Below, one piece after another: positions 46,696-58,900 of a DNA stretch of 64,000 bases. Source of the DNA: Amphiscolops sp. MND2022. Its lineage: Eukaryota. The stretch is taken from NCBI GenBank assembly GCA_964187785.1, contig OZ076409.1, positions 20,090,001 through 20,154,000 on the forward strand, given 5' to 3'. A program made the position numbers and the translations under genes. Each line of letters opens with the position of its first letter. Positions within the stretch are counted from its first letter, which is position 1. The notes beneath the pieces were generated by a model that was given only the letters and a program-made list of their open reading frames with translations, had not been told where the DNA came from and made no database searches.

Positions 46696-47122
46696 TTTTA
46701 GTCGTTGCATATTGAAGAAAACGTGCCCGACTACTACGTTGATTAGTTTTTCTCCAGACGAGAGAACAGACTTTCGCGGCAAGTCCCCCATTTGGAATAG
46801 TGTTTAGGATACCTGCTTCGCAAGCAGGAGGTCGCGAGTTCTAATTTCTCGCGGAACTTTAAATTTTTTTTCATTGTTTCTGAATCTACCCGGGATCAAA
46901 GGGCCCCTTCGATTTTTTCATGTTTTCACTTTGAGTTTATCTTCAAAAAAATTTCCACCACATTGGTTCTTGTTTTCAGTTGCAGCGTTTTCGAAAGGCT
47001 CCCTTTGTGATTTTTCCGGCTTTCGTGTATGTGAGATTTTTCATAAAAGCCCTGAGTATATTCAAAGACTGTGCTTCCTGAGCCGTTAGCTGGGCGACGA
47101 CTTGAGACGCTCTCGTCTTATT
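46696..47122 (+). mobile_element. Degenerate DINE-1/HINE-like element
   Basis: ttttagtcg..cccgacta at the 5' end and ggcgacgacttgagacgctctcgtcttatt at the 3' end. Confidence 0.55.
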
Positions 47123-47930
47123 CTTCTTTCAGCTCTATCAGATCAACAATGTCGATACCGTAAATGTATTTTCCACAATCGATTTTGAAAACTGATCAAT
47201 TTACGGTTACAGGTCGTTTGCATTAGAATAACTGCTACCAGGCAGTTTTACATTACACGTATTTTGGATCCTTTTGTAGCATGTCAATCATTTCAACAAA
47301 ATTGCAGTTAACTTGATTTTCAATGTTCACAAATTACTCTTACTCCGTAGTAACCCCTGTAGAAGCAAAATTTCTAGTGCCGTATGTACCTGATGAACGT
47401 ATGCGAACGAACGCGTTCAGTACGTGCACAAAAATCAATGATTTGAAAGATTTTTCAACTTTTTAGCTCATTTTCGGCATTTCACAATATTTTCGAATTT
47501 TTCGTTGGAAGTTATTTTTTGGCAAATTCTAATATTGTCCCGCAATCCGAGATACATTGAAATAAACAACAGAAAAACATATGCGTTTTTAACGGAAAAA
47601 AGCGCGCGCAAACCGAGCCAAGTCTCAAAAACAACTTACATGAAAAAGATAGAAATCTCTATAGATCTTGAGCATAAAGTAGCCATTTGTAGATTTTTTT
47701 GGTCAGTTCGAGTGGATCGAAAAACAAATGACTAAAAGCCACCATATCCGGTAGTCTGTTTCGCGTACGGCGACAACTCATATCAAGCGACAACATATCA
47801 GGCGACAAGTCATGTCAATTTGAAAAAGCAACAACTCATGTCAATCAAAACTCGTATCATAATATCAAAATCTATATAGGAAAATTTGATTTAAATATTT
47901 TAATAGAGAAAATTAGTTAATTGCTGAATA

Positions 47931-49121
47931 CAGTACTGTGATTAAGAAAACGTTCCCCGGGCGATTTTAGGCTCGATTTGCTCGAAATCAGTTGAGAATT
48001 TTTAAACATTAGAAATAAAAGTTTCTTAGAATTTCATCTAGTTTATATTAGTGTTTTTTAGTCGGCGCTTTTATTTTAATAAAAGAGCCCGACTATTACA
48101 GTCACTCGTTTTTTAGTCGGCGCTTTTCTCAAGAAAAGAGCCCGACTATTACAGTCACTCGTTTTTTAAGACAGACTCGAAGCGACGAACGTTAAAATTA
48201 ACGTTCAACTACTAAATACTAAACTACTAGACCGGCAAACGGGGAGCGCATTTAGGAGAGTGCAAAGGACGAGACTATACAAAACAGGACGAGACAATAG
48301 GGTTTGAGTTTTTTTTCGCACTGTGCGACTTTTTCGATTTTTTTGTCTCCAAAGGGTCCCCCCTTCAAGTTTTTAGATATTTTACAGCAAATGGAAGTTT
48401 CAAAAAGCCCAAAGGGTCTCCCCTTTCAAGTTTTTCGGCACTATGAGACTGGCTCAAAATTCTTATTTTTCGATTTTTCGTTTTTTTTTCAAAAAACCCA
48501 AAGGGTCCCCCTTTTGCAATTTCAAAAAGTTTCAACATTTTGAGCCTTAGATATGGCGCCGACTTTAGACGTTCCCGTCTTGTTTAATTTTTCTGGGACA
48601 AAAATTGACAGTTACAATTAGCTGGTTCTGACCAAATTTGGGGCTTTTTTCCGTTTTACCAATTTTTGACCGGTTTATCCACAATTTTTTTGGCAAGTTT
48701 TGTGCTCAAGTAACTCGCACAAATCTACTGAATCTATGGATATTTTTCGATTTCAAAAATTATCAACCGCTTTTGAAATATGCTCGAAAGGTAAAATTTT
48801 TTCGATTTACATGTATTAAGATAGGAAATGAACGTTTCGCGGCGGAAAACCGGTTATTTTTTCATTTAGAATGTTTTTGAAACAAAAAATATATCATGGA
48901 ATTCTAACAATATGCAAAATTCGATAAATTTAAAAGTTTCAGAAAAATATTTCAAAAACCTGCCCAAAACTGGGAAAATAGCAGAAGTGTTCTTTCTGCG
49001 CCGGAGATTTCACTTGATGCGCCAATCAGAATTGAAAATGAGAGCAAATACGCAATTCTAATTGGTTGATAATTAGGGGGATAGGGGGCATAGGGGGACG
49101 ATTTTTTTAATCACAGTACTG
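47931..49121. mobile_element. Tc1/mariner-type MITE nested in the foldback
   Basis: TIRs cagtactgtgattaa / ttaatcacagtactg, flanked by TA on both sides. Confidence 0.8.
48054..48584 (+). mobile_element. DINE-1/HINE-like element nested in the MITE
   Basis: Duplicated 5' ttagtcggcgc..cccgacta and 3' ggcgccgactttagacgttcccgtcttgtt. Confidence 0.78.
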
Positions 49122-49625
49122 TAGTTACTAGAAATAATGAAACAGTAACAAGATTTTATGGTAAATATCAGTGTCATGGATATAATCACTCGCTTATCAT
49201 ACCTTCATCCAAAAGGGTTGCAGAGAAAATAATGTTGAGTATAGCGCATAAAATGGAAAATAATCCCAAATTTCTAATTGTAGTTAATTATAAATTATTA
49301 CAATTGGATATTATCAAAATTTAGGTATTTGCAACCTGTAGACAAACCTGATATGAGTTGTCACTTTTTCCTAATCGGTATGACTTATCGCTTGATATGA
49401 GTTGTCGGTTTCTCAATTTGATATAAGTTGTCGCCTGATATGAGTTGTCGCTTTCTCAATTTGATATGGGTTATCGCCTGATATGAGTTGTCGCTATGCC
49501 TGTTTCGTATAGTGTCTACAATAGGAAAATTTTATTTTCTAGTAAATTGATTCTAATTTTATCATCGTAACTACCCATAAATAAAGTAAAGTTAGTGTTT
49601 TTAAATAAGTCAAGTGAGACTTCTA

Positions 49626-49923
49626 TCAGTTGAGGTCGTCTTTTGGTTCTTTCACTAGACTCTGAAATTGGGGCAGGTCTGACTTCATGACCGATATGGA
49701 GAAGGAGCCTTTTACAGTGTCATCGGCGGAAGACTTGCCGCAAGTTGTTTCGGAATGACGGCAGGACGAGGAAGCGAAGGAGCCGGCAGTCATGTTCTGA
49801 TTAATCCTTTCGTCAACCTCGTTCATAAGCTGCTGGTCTGAAATCTTTCTGAAACTGGGATGGATCCTGCTGAGTAACTGGAACAGGACAAGACAATGGA
49901 TAGTCCTATTCTGCAGCCATTCT
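49626..49923 (-). CDS. Terminal exon of an unidentified spliced minus-strand gene
   Basis: Acceptor tttttcag, phase 2, in frame with exon 54062-54221; stop at 49626-49628. Confidence 0.6.
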
Positions 49924-50176
49924 CTGAAAAACGAACGAACAACTTTGGGAAACATTCAGTGAAAAGTTGTACAACCATCAAAGAGATTTGAAAAACGAAC
50001 TATTTTTCTTCAACAAAACACCTCGTTCAGATGATCTTTTTGAGATATCTTCACAAAGATTCGAAGCGTGAACGATTCCAGGATTGAGAGAGCAAAGTTT
50101 TATGTATCATACAGACAAGCCCAAAGTAATAAAACTGTAAAAAATAACATCCATGAAGAACAAGTATGTCAGTTCG

Positions 50177-50673
50177 TTTTTTAGTCGGCGTTTTCGAAAA
50201 AAAAACACGACTCTTACAGTAGCTAGTTTTTTTTGTCCGTTCAACGCGATCGGTCCACTTTTTTTGTTCATTTGTTCAACTTCTTGGCCGAGAGGTTAAC
50301 ACGTATTTTCTGGAGTCTGAGAAGCGTGGGTTCGAGTGTCGCACTAAACCACAAATTTTTTATGCTTCCAAAAGTAGAGGGGAGACCAAAGGGTTCCCCC
50401 TTTGCGGTTTTTTCTCGGCACTATGCGACATTTTTCCGAAAATTTTTGATTCTATCAAAGGGTACACGCTTGAATTTTTTGAAGTTTTCGGTTTGCAAAA
50501 AAAAATCAAATAAGCCTAAAGGGTCTCTTTTTGGGTTTTTCGGCAATATGCGACTTTTTTTACCAAATACTTTTTTTTGAAAAAAAAATTTTCTCAAGTT
50601 TTTTCCAATTGTTGTTCCTTGAATATTTTTGAGCCTTAGATATGAAGCCGACTTGGGCCGTTACCGACTTGTT
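50177..50673 (+). mobile_element. DINE-1/HINE-like element
   Basis: ttttttagtcggcg at the 5' end and gccgacttgggccgttaccgacttgtt at the 3' end. Confidence 0.72.
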
Positions 50674-52268
50674 TAAAATTTAATTGATCGTTTCTAAAAT
50701 CGAAACTCTATTCCAAATGGTGAAAAATTGGATTATCTGAGTCTACAATACAATATATTGGAATAATTATTCCCGGCCACAAAGAAATGAAGAGGTTCAA
50801 CAGAATTATCAGCAGTCGGGTGGCTGAATTCTATGAAATTTCACATTTTCCTAAACTTTGCCCAAGTCCGAATGACTTGATTGATTTCAATACCTCATTT
50901 CTGAAAATTAGCAATTATCTCAGCGAAAATTGAATTGTTACCAGATGTGGAGAGATTTTTTTAACTTTTCGCGGAATGTTACTTGAATTACAAAAATTAA
51001 ATTAAAACTCGAGAAATGATCGAAATTATCATTATCCTAAGTGAAATAAGTAAAATCAGAAATACAAAAGTTTGCTGCTGTGAAAGAATTATATTGTGAG
51101 GAGTTATCATTGTTAATGCACTGTCTGTCACGTAAAGTTAAAAACTTTGGAGTTCTGTTTTCATAAGCCATTCTCACACCATATCACGCCTCATATTTAG
51201 CGTGACCCCCTCAAAGGCACACCTAAATTCTTGACATATCAGTCGTAATTTCAACTTCTTTTTGGAGCCAAATTTGAATTGCCGGAATGCAAATAGGACA
51301 AGATATCAATCGCTAGCCCACCAAGTTTCAGTCAATTCAATCTGCCGCTGGTCTTACAGACAGGCGTTTAGGACGCACTGAAGTTGACAGCTAGCTCATA
51401 TAAGAGCCAGGATTATGACAAATTCGCCTATAACTCACGGAACGGCGACTTTTTGAATTAAAAGTTTATTCAAAACTAAATAAATACCAAAATTGAATTA
51501 ACGAAATAATTTTTATCAAAATAAATAACCAGGAGATTGTCATTTTCCGAAAAAATTGAAAGTGTCGACGTGTTTGTGAAACATGATTTTAGAAACTTCA
51601 GGCAGATTTATTAACAACGCTACTTCAATATATAAATATACAGCTAAACTACAAATAAACATAACTTGTAGATTGAGAAAAAAACCTGGAGGAAAGCGAA
51701 ATTGACAACTGGTGGAAATACATACTTGAGACGTACTTTACAAGAAAACAATATTGAAAGAACCCAAATTGCTTTTAGGAGTTGGAAAAAATTCGACAAC
51801 TTATGCAATCGTATCTTTTTTTCTCCTGACCTTTTCATGAAAATTTCAAATTTCTCAAAAACAGTCCATACGAATTTCATAAAATTTTGCACAGTCATTC
51901 TACACCCAAAGGGGCCCCTGCGTGCTCAAAGGCACCAAAATCCTATGACTGAAATGTTAGAAACATAGCCAAAAATAGCCCAAAACTGACTAAAAAACGA
52001 CCATTTTTGGACTTTTTCAATTTTCTCAAAAACTGTCCATACGATTCGAACGAAATTTTCTACAGTCTATCTGCACCATATTATGGTCCTATGTGTGCAT
52101 TGGCATCAAAATGGCATGACTGGAACTCGAACGAGTCAGAAAGAAAAAGACCCAAGTTGGCTCCTTTACCGCACATGAGGCTCTGGTTCTGAATAATCTT
52201 TATCAGAGTTTTCGGTGCTGTGAAACCATTCATCGAATTACTCGGCTCAAATGTGACTTCTTGATCTA

Positions 52269-52902
52269 CAGTAGTGATTCTAGAAGAAGCAAAACAGCAT
52301 GAGGAAAGAGCAAATAAACAAATATTATTGGCTAATCAAGGTCTCACGCGCTCATTTCATTGGTCGAGAGCGATTTCCAAAACATCATTTTTTAGTTTTT
52401 TGAATTTTTGAGCCACTTACAAATTTTTCGGTTTCAAAATAATTTTGACAAAAAAATTCCCTCAAACATTTCGAATCTGACAATATAATTTTTTTCTCGA
52501 GAATAATCTAAATTGCATTAGTATGAGCTTGTTGTAAGTTGTTAAACTTCGAAATCGTATCTTAATACTTGTATTTTCGAAGTCTAATTTTACAGCGTAT
52601 TTTTTCTACCATTTTAGGATGAATTCTACATCAAAACATATCAAGGGCTTCAGTTAAATCAGGCGAGTCGATTGCACATAAAATTTCTCTAAAATTTTAA
52701 GCAAAAGTTGACTAAAAAGAGAAAAACCTCAATTTTGACCTAAATTTGGTTAAGAATGGCCTATCGTAACTTCTACAATTTTCATCGAATAACCTTCAAA
52801 ATACATATTTGTAAACTTGATAAAAATCTAAGAAACTTTCATTTTTATCATTTTTCAAAAACTGCTGAGGTTTTAGAATTGCTTTTAGAAATATCACTAC
52901 TG
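52269..52902. mobile_element. Tc1/mariner-type MITE
   Basis: TA|cagtagtgat ... atcactactg|TA. Confidence 0.6.
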
Positions 52903-53287
52903 TAGGTCCTAGAATTGTTTTCAATTGAGGGCGAAAAACTTCAACTTTCAAAAATAGCAAAAAAATGCTATGGTCATGGTTACTAAAGTCCTTTGACCAC
53001 AGTTTTGAGGCGACTATCTGGGATATTCCTAAAAGCGAGCATGTATTTTCGACTTCTAGAAGGGGCAACGTGCATGCAACAAGCTTAATATTACCGTATT
53101 TCTTCGAATACAGCCTTGTGCATATTAGTTCGATCATTTGTCTATTTTCACACACTATGTTTAATTTAATTTTTTCACGTTTTGATTTCACGCCGAACAT
53201 TTAACTTCCTTGTATTTCAACAACACATACACTGTTGCTTTCCACCAAGTTGTCAGTTTGAATTTCTGTGCGGTTAGCAAAGCAATA

Positions 53288-53488
53288 ATGCCAGGCAAAA
53301 CAGTGTCTGAATGTGTCAGAAAATTGATCCTTCAAAAAACGCGGGAAACATATAGCCAACGGCAAATTTCGAAAATGCTATTAGTACCACAAGCAACCAT
53401 TTCCAATATTATTTCGCATTATCGAAAGGTGGGTACGCTGTCGCCTTTGCGGAGACAAGGGAGGACGCCCAAAATCAGAGTGATTTGA
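53288..53488 (+). pseudogene. Tc1-like transposase N-terminal HTH fragment
   Basis: MPGKTVSECVRKLI..SQRQISKML.VPQATISNIISHYRKVG...RQGRTPK; no DDE domain follows. Confidence 0.7.
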
Positions 53489-54061
53489 CAGAGTGATCGA
53501 ACTAATATGCACAAGGCTGTAGAAGTTGCCACCGAATATAGACCGCCCTGATTAGAAGCCACATTAGGGCTAAAAAATTATTCCTAAAATCCATAACTTA
53601 CCGTATTTCTTCGAATATAGGCCACAGAATAAATACGGCCGAAACTTAGAAGCCGCCGCATGCAATCGAAGAAATACTGTAACAGAATTAACTGTAGAAA
53701 CAATATAAGTTTCGAGGCTCCATTTTTTGTGCTTTAAGCAAATGTATTTTTTATCATCATCCTTAAGAACAGTTATTGAGAAAACTTTCATCAAACTCAG
53801 TACCAAAAAGTAACCGAAGAGGGCACTTCAAAAACTCTTCCGTAACAAAAAACATTAACAAATAATTTGTGGAGAAAAAGAATTTTTCCACTAAAAAATT
53901 CGTTGAAAAGCAAAATTATTTTTTTTGAAGCTGTTGGTTCCATACGCTATTGGTTGAAGCGTACTCATTTTCATTTAAGCTGATATTTAGCTAGAGATAA
54001 AAAGTCGCAACAATGGGAACGGACGAGGAGAGCCAATTACGTAATAGTGGCGATACTTTAC

Positions 54062-54221
54062 CTTTCTTCCCGAATCATAGGTTGCACGTCTTTTGTTTCG
54101 TAGTAAATTTTGAAGTGGTTGAGGCCCTTGAGAAAAGTGGACACTTGACTCGCTGCCAAATTGTCAATTTCAGATTTAAGCACGTCTTCCAGTTTGTGGA
54201 TCTGGGCTTTGCATCGTGTAT
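54062..54221 (-). CDS. Internal exon of the unidentified minus-strand gene
   Basis: Acceptor tttcattcag and donor gtaaag. The 160-bp open frame encodes DTRCKAQIHKLEDVLKSEIDNLAASQVSTFLKGLNHFKIYYETKDVQPMIREER. Confidence 0.62.
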
Positions 54222-54678
54222 CTGAATGAAACTGAAGGGAAATATTTTCAAAGTAGTAGTTAGAGAACGATTGTAAGATGCCCGAGGTAGTAAGAGCCTT
54301 TTACTTGTTTAGAGCGTCAATGGCTTCTTAAGACTACACTAGCTACCGAACAAGTTCTAGTGAACTATAATATACTCCTATCATTCATAGGACTTGTAAT
54401 GTACGACGACTTTCCACCTCATTACATCATCGGATTCCATATCAATTTTTGCATGAAAATTCGCGATCAAAACATCACTGAATGAAATGCAAAAACTTTT
54501 GTTAGTCGATCTTTTGGAAGTAAACTTTAACAAGACACCCGCTGACCAGCAGGATATTTTCCGTCGAAACTCTTCTTGCAATGACATATTTTTGAGGCTC
54601 AAGAGTAGCTATTGCACTTTGAAAACTTGGAAAATTTTCTTTTTCGACAACTTTGCTGTCATTTGAGAAATTTTTCTA

Positions 54679-55961
54679 AGAAACTGTAGATGTATTTTTA
54701 AAAAAAATTAAGTAAACTTTAACAAAACGCCCGCTGACAGCAGGTTATTTTCCGCCGAAACTGTTCTGGCAATGACACATTTTTGAGACACAAGAGTAGC
54801 TATTGCACTTTGAAAACGCTCAAAAATTTGATGAAAAAAGGCTTGACACTTTTTGAGTAATGTCATCCCACTTGAGAAGGAAACACTTCAAGAACACACC
54901 AAACACCTATTTGTTTTAGGTCGGCATGTGTGTATACCAAAACCTGACCAATCAAGTATTTTATAATTTTGCGCCAAGTCGCCAAACATGTTGAAACTTG
55001 GAAAATTTTCTTTTTCGACAGCTTTGCTGTCATTTGAGAAATTTTTCTAAGAAACTGTAGATGTCTTTTCAAAAACGCCCATTGGATAACGGGGTATGTT
55101 GTTCTTGCAGTTGTTCTTGCAATACAAAAAAGCTCGAAAGGTTTACAAAAAAGTATATCAACTATTCAAACACAAAAAATGAATTATCAACTCATTTTAA
55201 GTCGTTCAGACGAAAATTTAACATATAAAAAGTTGTAAATTTCCCATTGTGAACATTCTGCATGCCTGTTGAAAAATTTCAGACTTTTAGAATACTACGA
55301 AATTTTGGTAAAAAACTATTTTGGTCATTTTGAGGCTCTTTTCAAAGATGAAACTGCACTTGACGTTCAAGAAGCCTACTGAATAACGCATTTGTTCACT
55401 GTTGAACGTTTTCGTTTTTCCATAGATGGAAATGTCTCAAAAAAGTCAAAACTTTGCATTAGAAACGTTGAATTGGGATTTTTAAATTCCGATATTCAAA
55501 GGGTCTTTTTCGTAGTGATTTTGATGAAAAATATTGCAACTCTCTTTTCAAAATAGCATACTGCATAGCTAGTTTATTCGTTTTCGAGTGTTTTGAAATT
55601 TCCTATTCACAAAAGTGTTCAAAATTGTACACAAACTGCACGAAAAACCACAAACTGCAAAGGTTTGGGTTTTGATATTTTGGGGTGTGTCTTTCACGAA
55701 ACTCATGAATGACTTTTCAATGAAATAATCGATGTTTTGACGTTTAACAATTAATGTAGGTTATGTAATTTCACTTTTGAGTCAACGATTTACGAGGAAG
55801 TCAGCATGGTTAGTTGAACATTTTACTTGATTTTGTGGGAATTTGAATACTTAGCTGAATTTGCTGGTATTGTAGATTTGAATCAATTCAACTGAATATT
55901 TCACAAACTGATTTTCTTCTACGAAAACTACCCCAGGAAGTGTAGTCGCTTCTAACGGCAA
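54679..55961 (+). repeat. ~1.28-kb direct repeat, left copy
   Basis: Colinear with 61095-62383 from agaaactgtagatg to ctaacggcaa; visibly diverged. Confidence 0.9.
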
Positions 55962-55970
55962 ATTCAAATC

Positions 55971-58900
55971 ATGACAACTCCTTCTCATGTCCAAGTGGAA
56001 CAGAGGGCTAGAAGTTTGTCTTTAAGAAACTTTACCAAAGCATGTAACATGTATGAGAGTTTTCTATCTAAAGTTGAAATATCTGCCCAAAGAAATCCAG
56101 TTGTGCTTTGACGACATTGTGAATACATGGAATCTTCTTCAAGAAAAGCAAAATGAGGGTTTGCTTAAATTAGAAAATGAAATGTACGATAATGAAATTT
56201 CTTGGATTGACGAGACTGAAAACCGATTTCATGCTGTGAGATCGAAACAGTTCCAACTAGATAATTTACTGAAAGAAGAGAAAATGCAAAGGGAAAAAAG
56301 GAAATAGAAAAGAATGCTATAAAGCTCGCGGAATCAGATGTACTGAAACGTCAAGATGAAATAAGACAGTTAGAAAAATGAAAAAAGTACAAGGTTGAAG
56401 TCAATCGATTACACAACATTTGTCAATCATTTGAAAACCTTCCAAAAGTTACCGAACGAGTTTTGAAGAAAGTTAAAAATACGACTTCGATAAACAATAC
56501 ATAGAAGTGAAGATTGTCATTGATTCTCTTTCTGAATAAGTAAACCAGGAGTCATCTTTCCAAAAAAACAATGAGCTTACTGAAATTTCCACAAAGTTTT
56601 TTGATATGACGTATGCCGCCTCCAGTTCAGGACCTTTTCAGTCCGAAAACGGCAGGGGTGATGTTTTGCAAGACATTAAACCTTTTACATACATGGAAAA
56701 ACTCAATGTTCTAAGTTCAGCAGAAACTGCAGAGACTGGCCTTAATTCAGAAAAGATTTTGAAAAACAAATTGAAAATGTGATGAAGGATGAAGCTACTG
56801 TGTTGTACGCTCTGAGAAACGCTTTACCCGATAACATAAAAAGTTTAGTGCGGAATATGAGTGATGATTCAAAAAAATGTGGAGACGTTTAGAAGAACGG
56901 TTTGGCGATGAAGGTAAGTATGCCGAAATTGTGCTAAACGACATAAAGCACTACAAACCTATGCGAGAAAATGAAGAACGTCGTCTGTTGAATTTTATTT
57001 ATATTATTCATAAAGCTGATCTAGAACTGAAAAACCTGGGACGTGAATCAGAAATTAAGAACGATACAATCATTTCAATCATTGAAGAAAAGCTACCTAG
57101 ACGAATGGAGAAGAAATTGATATACCGACTTTTTGACAATGAGAGTACAATTGATATAAGTGATAAGTTTCCAGGATTCTTCAAAATTTTACTCGAAAGA
57201 AAAATGCTAATTGAATATGAGATCAACTTGACGAAACGTAACAAAGATGATATCAAAGGAAATGTGAAAACGACCATTACGAAAAGTTAAGAACTAATTT
57301 TGCGGAAAACAAGTGGCTTCTTCACCTGAGTGGAACTCATAAATTTGAAGACTGGCGATTGTTTCTGGACAGAACTGCAAAGGAAAGAGCTGATTTTGTT
57401 AAAAATAATTGTGCTCGTATCAATTGTCTCGTCGCTGGGCACACATCCGGATCTTGTCGCACTGGAAAATTTTGCAGCAAAGCTGAATGCGGTCAAAATC
57501 ATCATCTTCTTTTACACGATGATAATTTTCTAACCAACAGAAAAGAAAAAACCGGTTTATCTGCAAGATATGAGGTTTCGAACAACTCAGAAAAAAAGTT
57601 TACTGCAGATTATGCCTATTGAAGTCAGCTCTGGTTCAAACAAACAAGAAGTACTAGCCCTATGGGATTTTGGGTCTACAGTTTCTTTATTCTCAACAAA
57701 GTAGCCAATAACTTGAAGCTTAAAGGAAAACATGTGTCGATTACAATGGAAACATTGGGCAGAGTTGTCAAAAAACAAACGAATCTTTTTGTTATGCAAA
57801 TCAAGGACCGGAAAAACAATCTACTTCAATTTGAAGCTTACGGAATTAATGAAATATCTAGAGATATGTACAATACAGAACTGCAGAGGAAACTGTCTCC
57901 AGAGAATTTCAACTGCCAAGATAGTCAAGAAGCTCAATTTGGTTTACTCTTAGGTTTGAACGTGGTTCAGTATCATCTTCCGTACCTGTGAAAAAAAAGA
58001 TTAACTTCGTCTTGTTTGAGAATGCTTTTGGTAAATGTGTTAGTGGTAGTAGCTACCAATCGTCTAGATATACCTTCACCAACGTTAACTTCGTGCAGAC
58101 AGCTGTCACTATGGAATACTTTTACAATGTTGAAAACTTAGGAATTGCTTGAAACCCCAAATGTGGCAGCCCCCAATGTGGGAGTTGTCTTCTAGGTTCC
58201 TCCGAGTTTTAATTCAAGAAACAAAAAGAGTTAGCACTAATTGAAAAGAATTTGACTGTTTGTGATAAAGTTTTTACTGCCAAGTACCCATTAATAAAAA
58301 GTTCAAAGCAATTGCCGAAGAACTTCCACGTTGCAGTGAAGATGTTGTTTATTACTGAAAGGAGGTTAATGAAAAATCCTGTTCTTTCGAAAACGTACCA
58401 AAGTCAAAATGATGATATGATAGAAAAAGGAGTCGCGAAGAAGATGTCAGGAGAAGATTTAGATTGTTACGGTCCAGTGCATTATATCTGCCATCATTAA
58501 GTAATGAAGCAAAACTCAGCTTCTACTCTTTGTCGAATAGTTTTCAGTGAACGCTTCTGCTAACTACAAAAATTACGTTTTAAACGAGTATTGGGCTAGC
58601 TGACTTGATCTTCTGTGCAATCTTTTCCGTATTCTAGTCAAATTCAGAAAAAATTTCGTTGGATTAATCGACAATGTAAAAAAATGTATCATACTGTGCG
58701 ATTAGATCCTAAAGATTAACAGACACATCGTTTTTTGTGGAGAGACTTCCGACTAGATGATAAGTCACTTCTTTCGGGGACAGACCCGCAGCAACAATTG
58801 CACAGCTTGCTTTAAGGAAAACAGCCGAAACGGCAAATGATGAGTACTCGGGAGAAAAAAAGTTATTCAAAGTTCCACTTATTTGGATGACATTGTCGAC

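Larger units (their letters stand above)
47764..49499. mobile_element. Foldback element with gcgacaactcatatca inverted arrays
   Basis: ctgtttcg is duplicated at 47756-47763 and 49500-49507. The arrays lie at 47769-47860 and 49349-49494. Confidence 0.8.

Noticed and set aside
54062..54221. COG6 assignment for the minus-strand exon
   Set aside because: Only a vague helical resemblance, and the adjacent exons do not fit; left unassigned.
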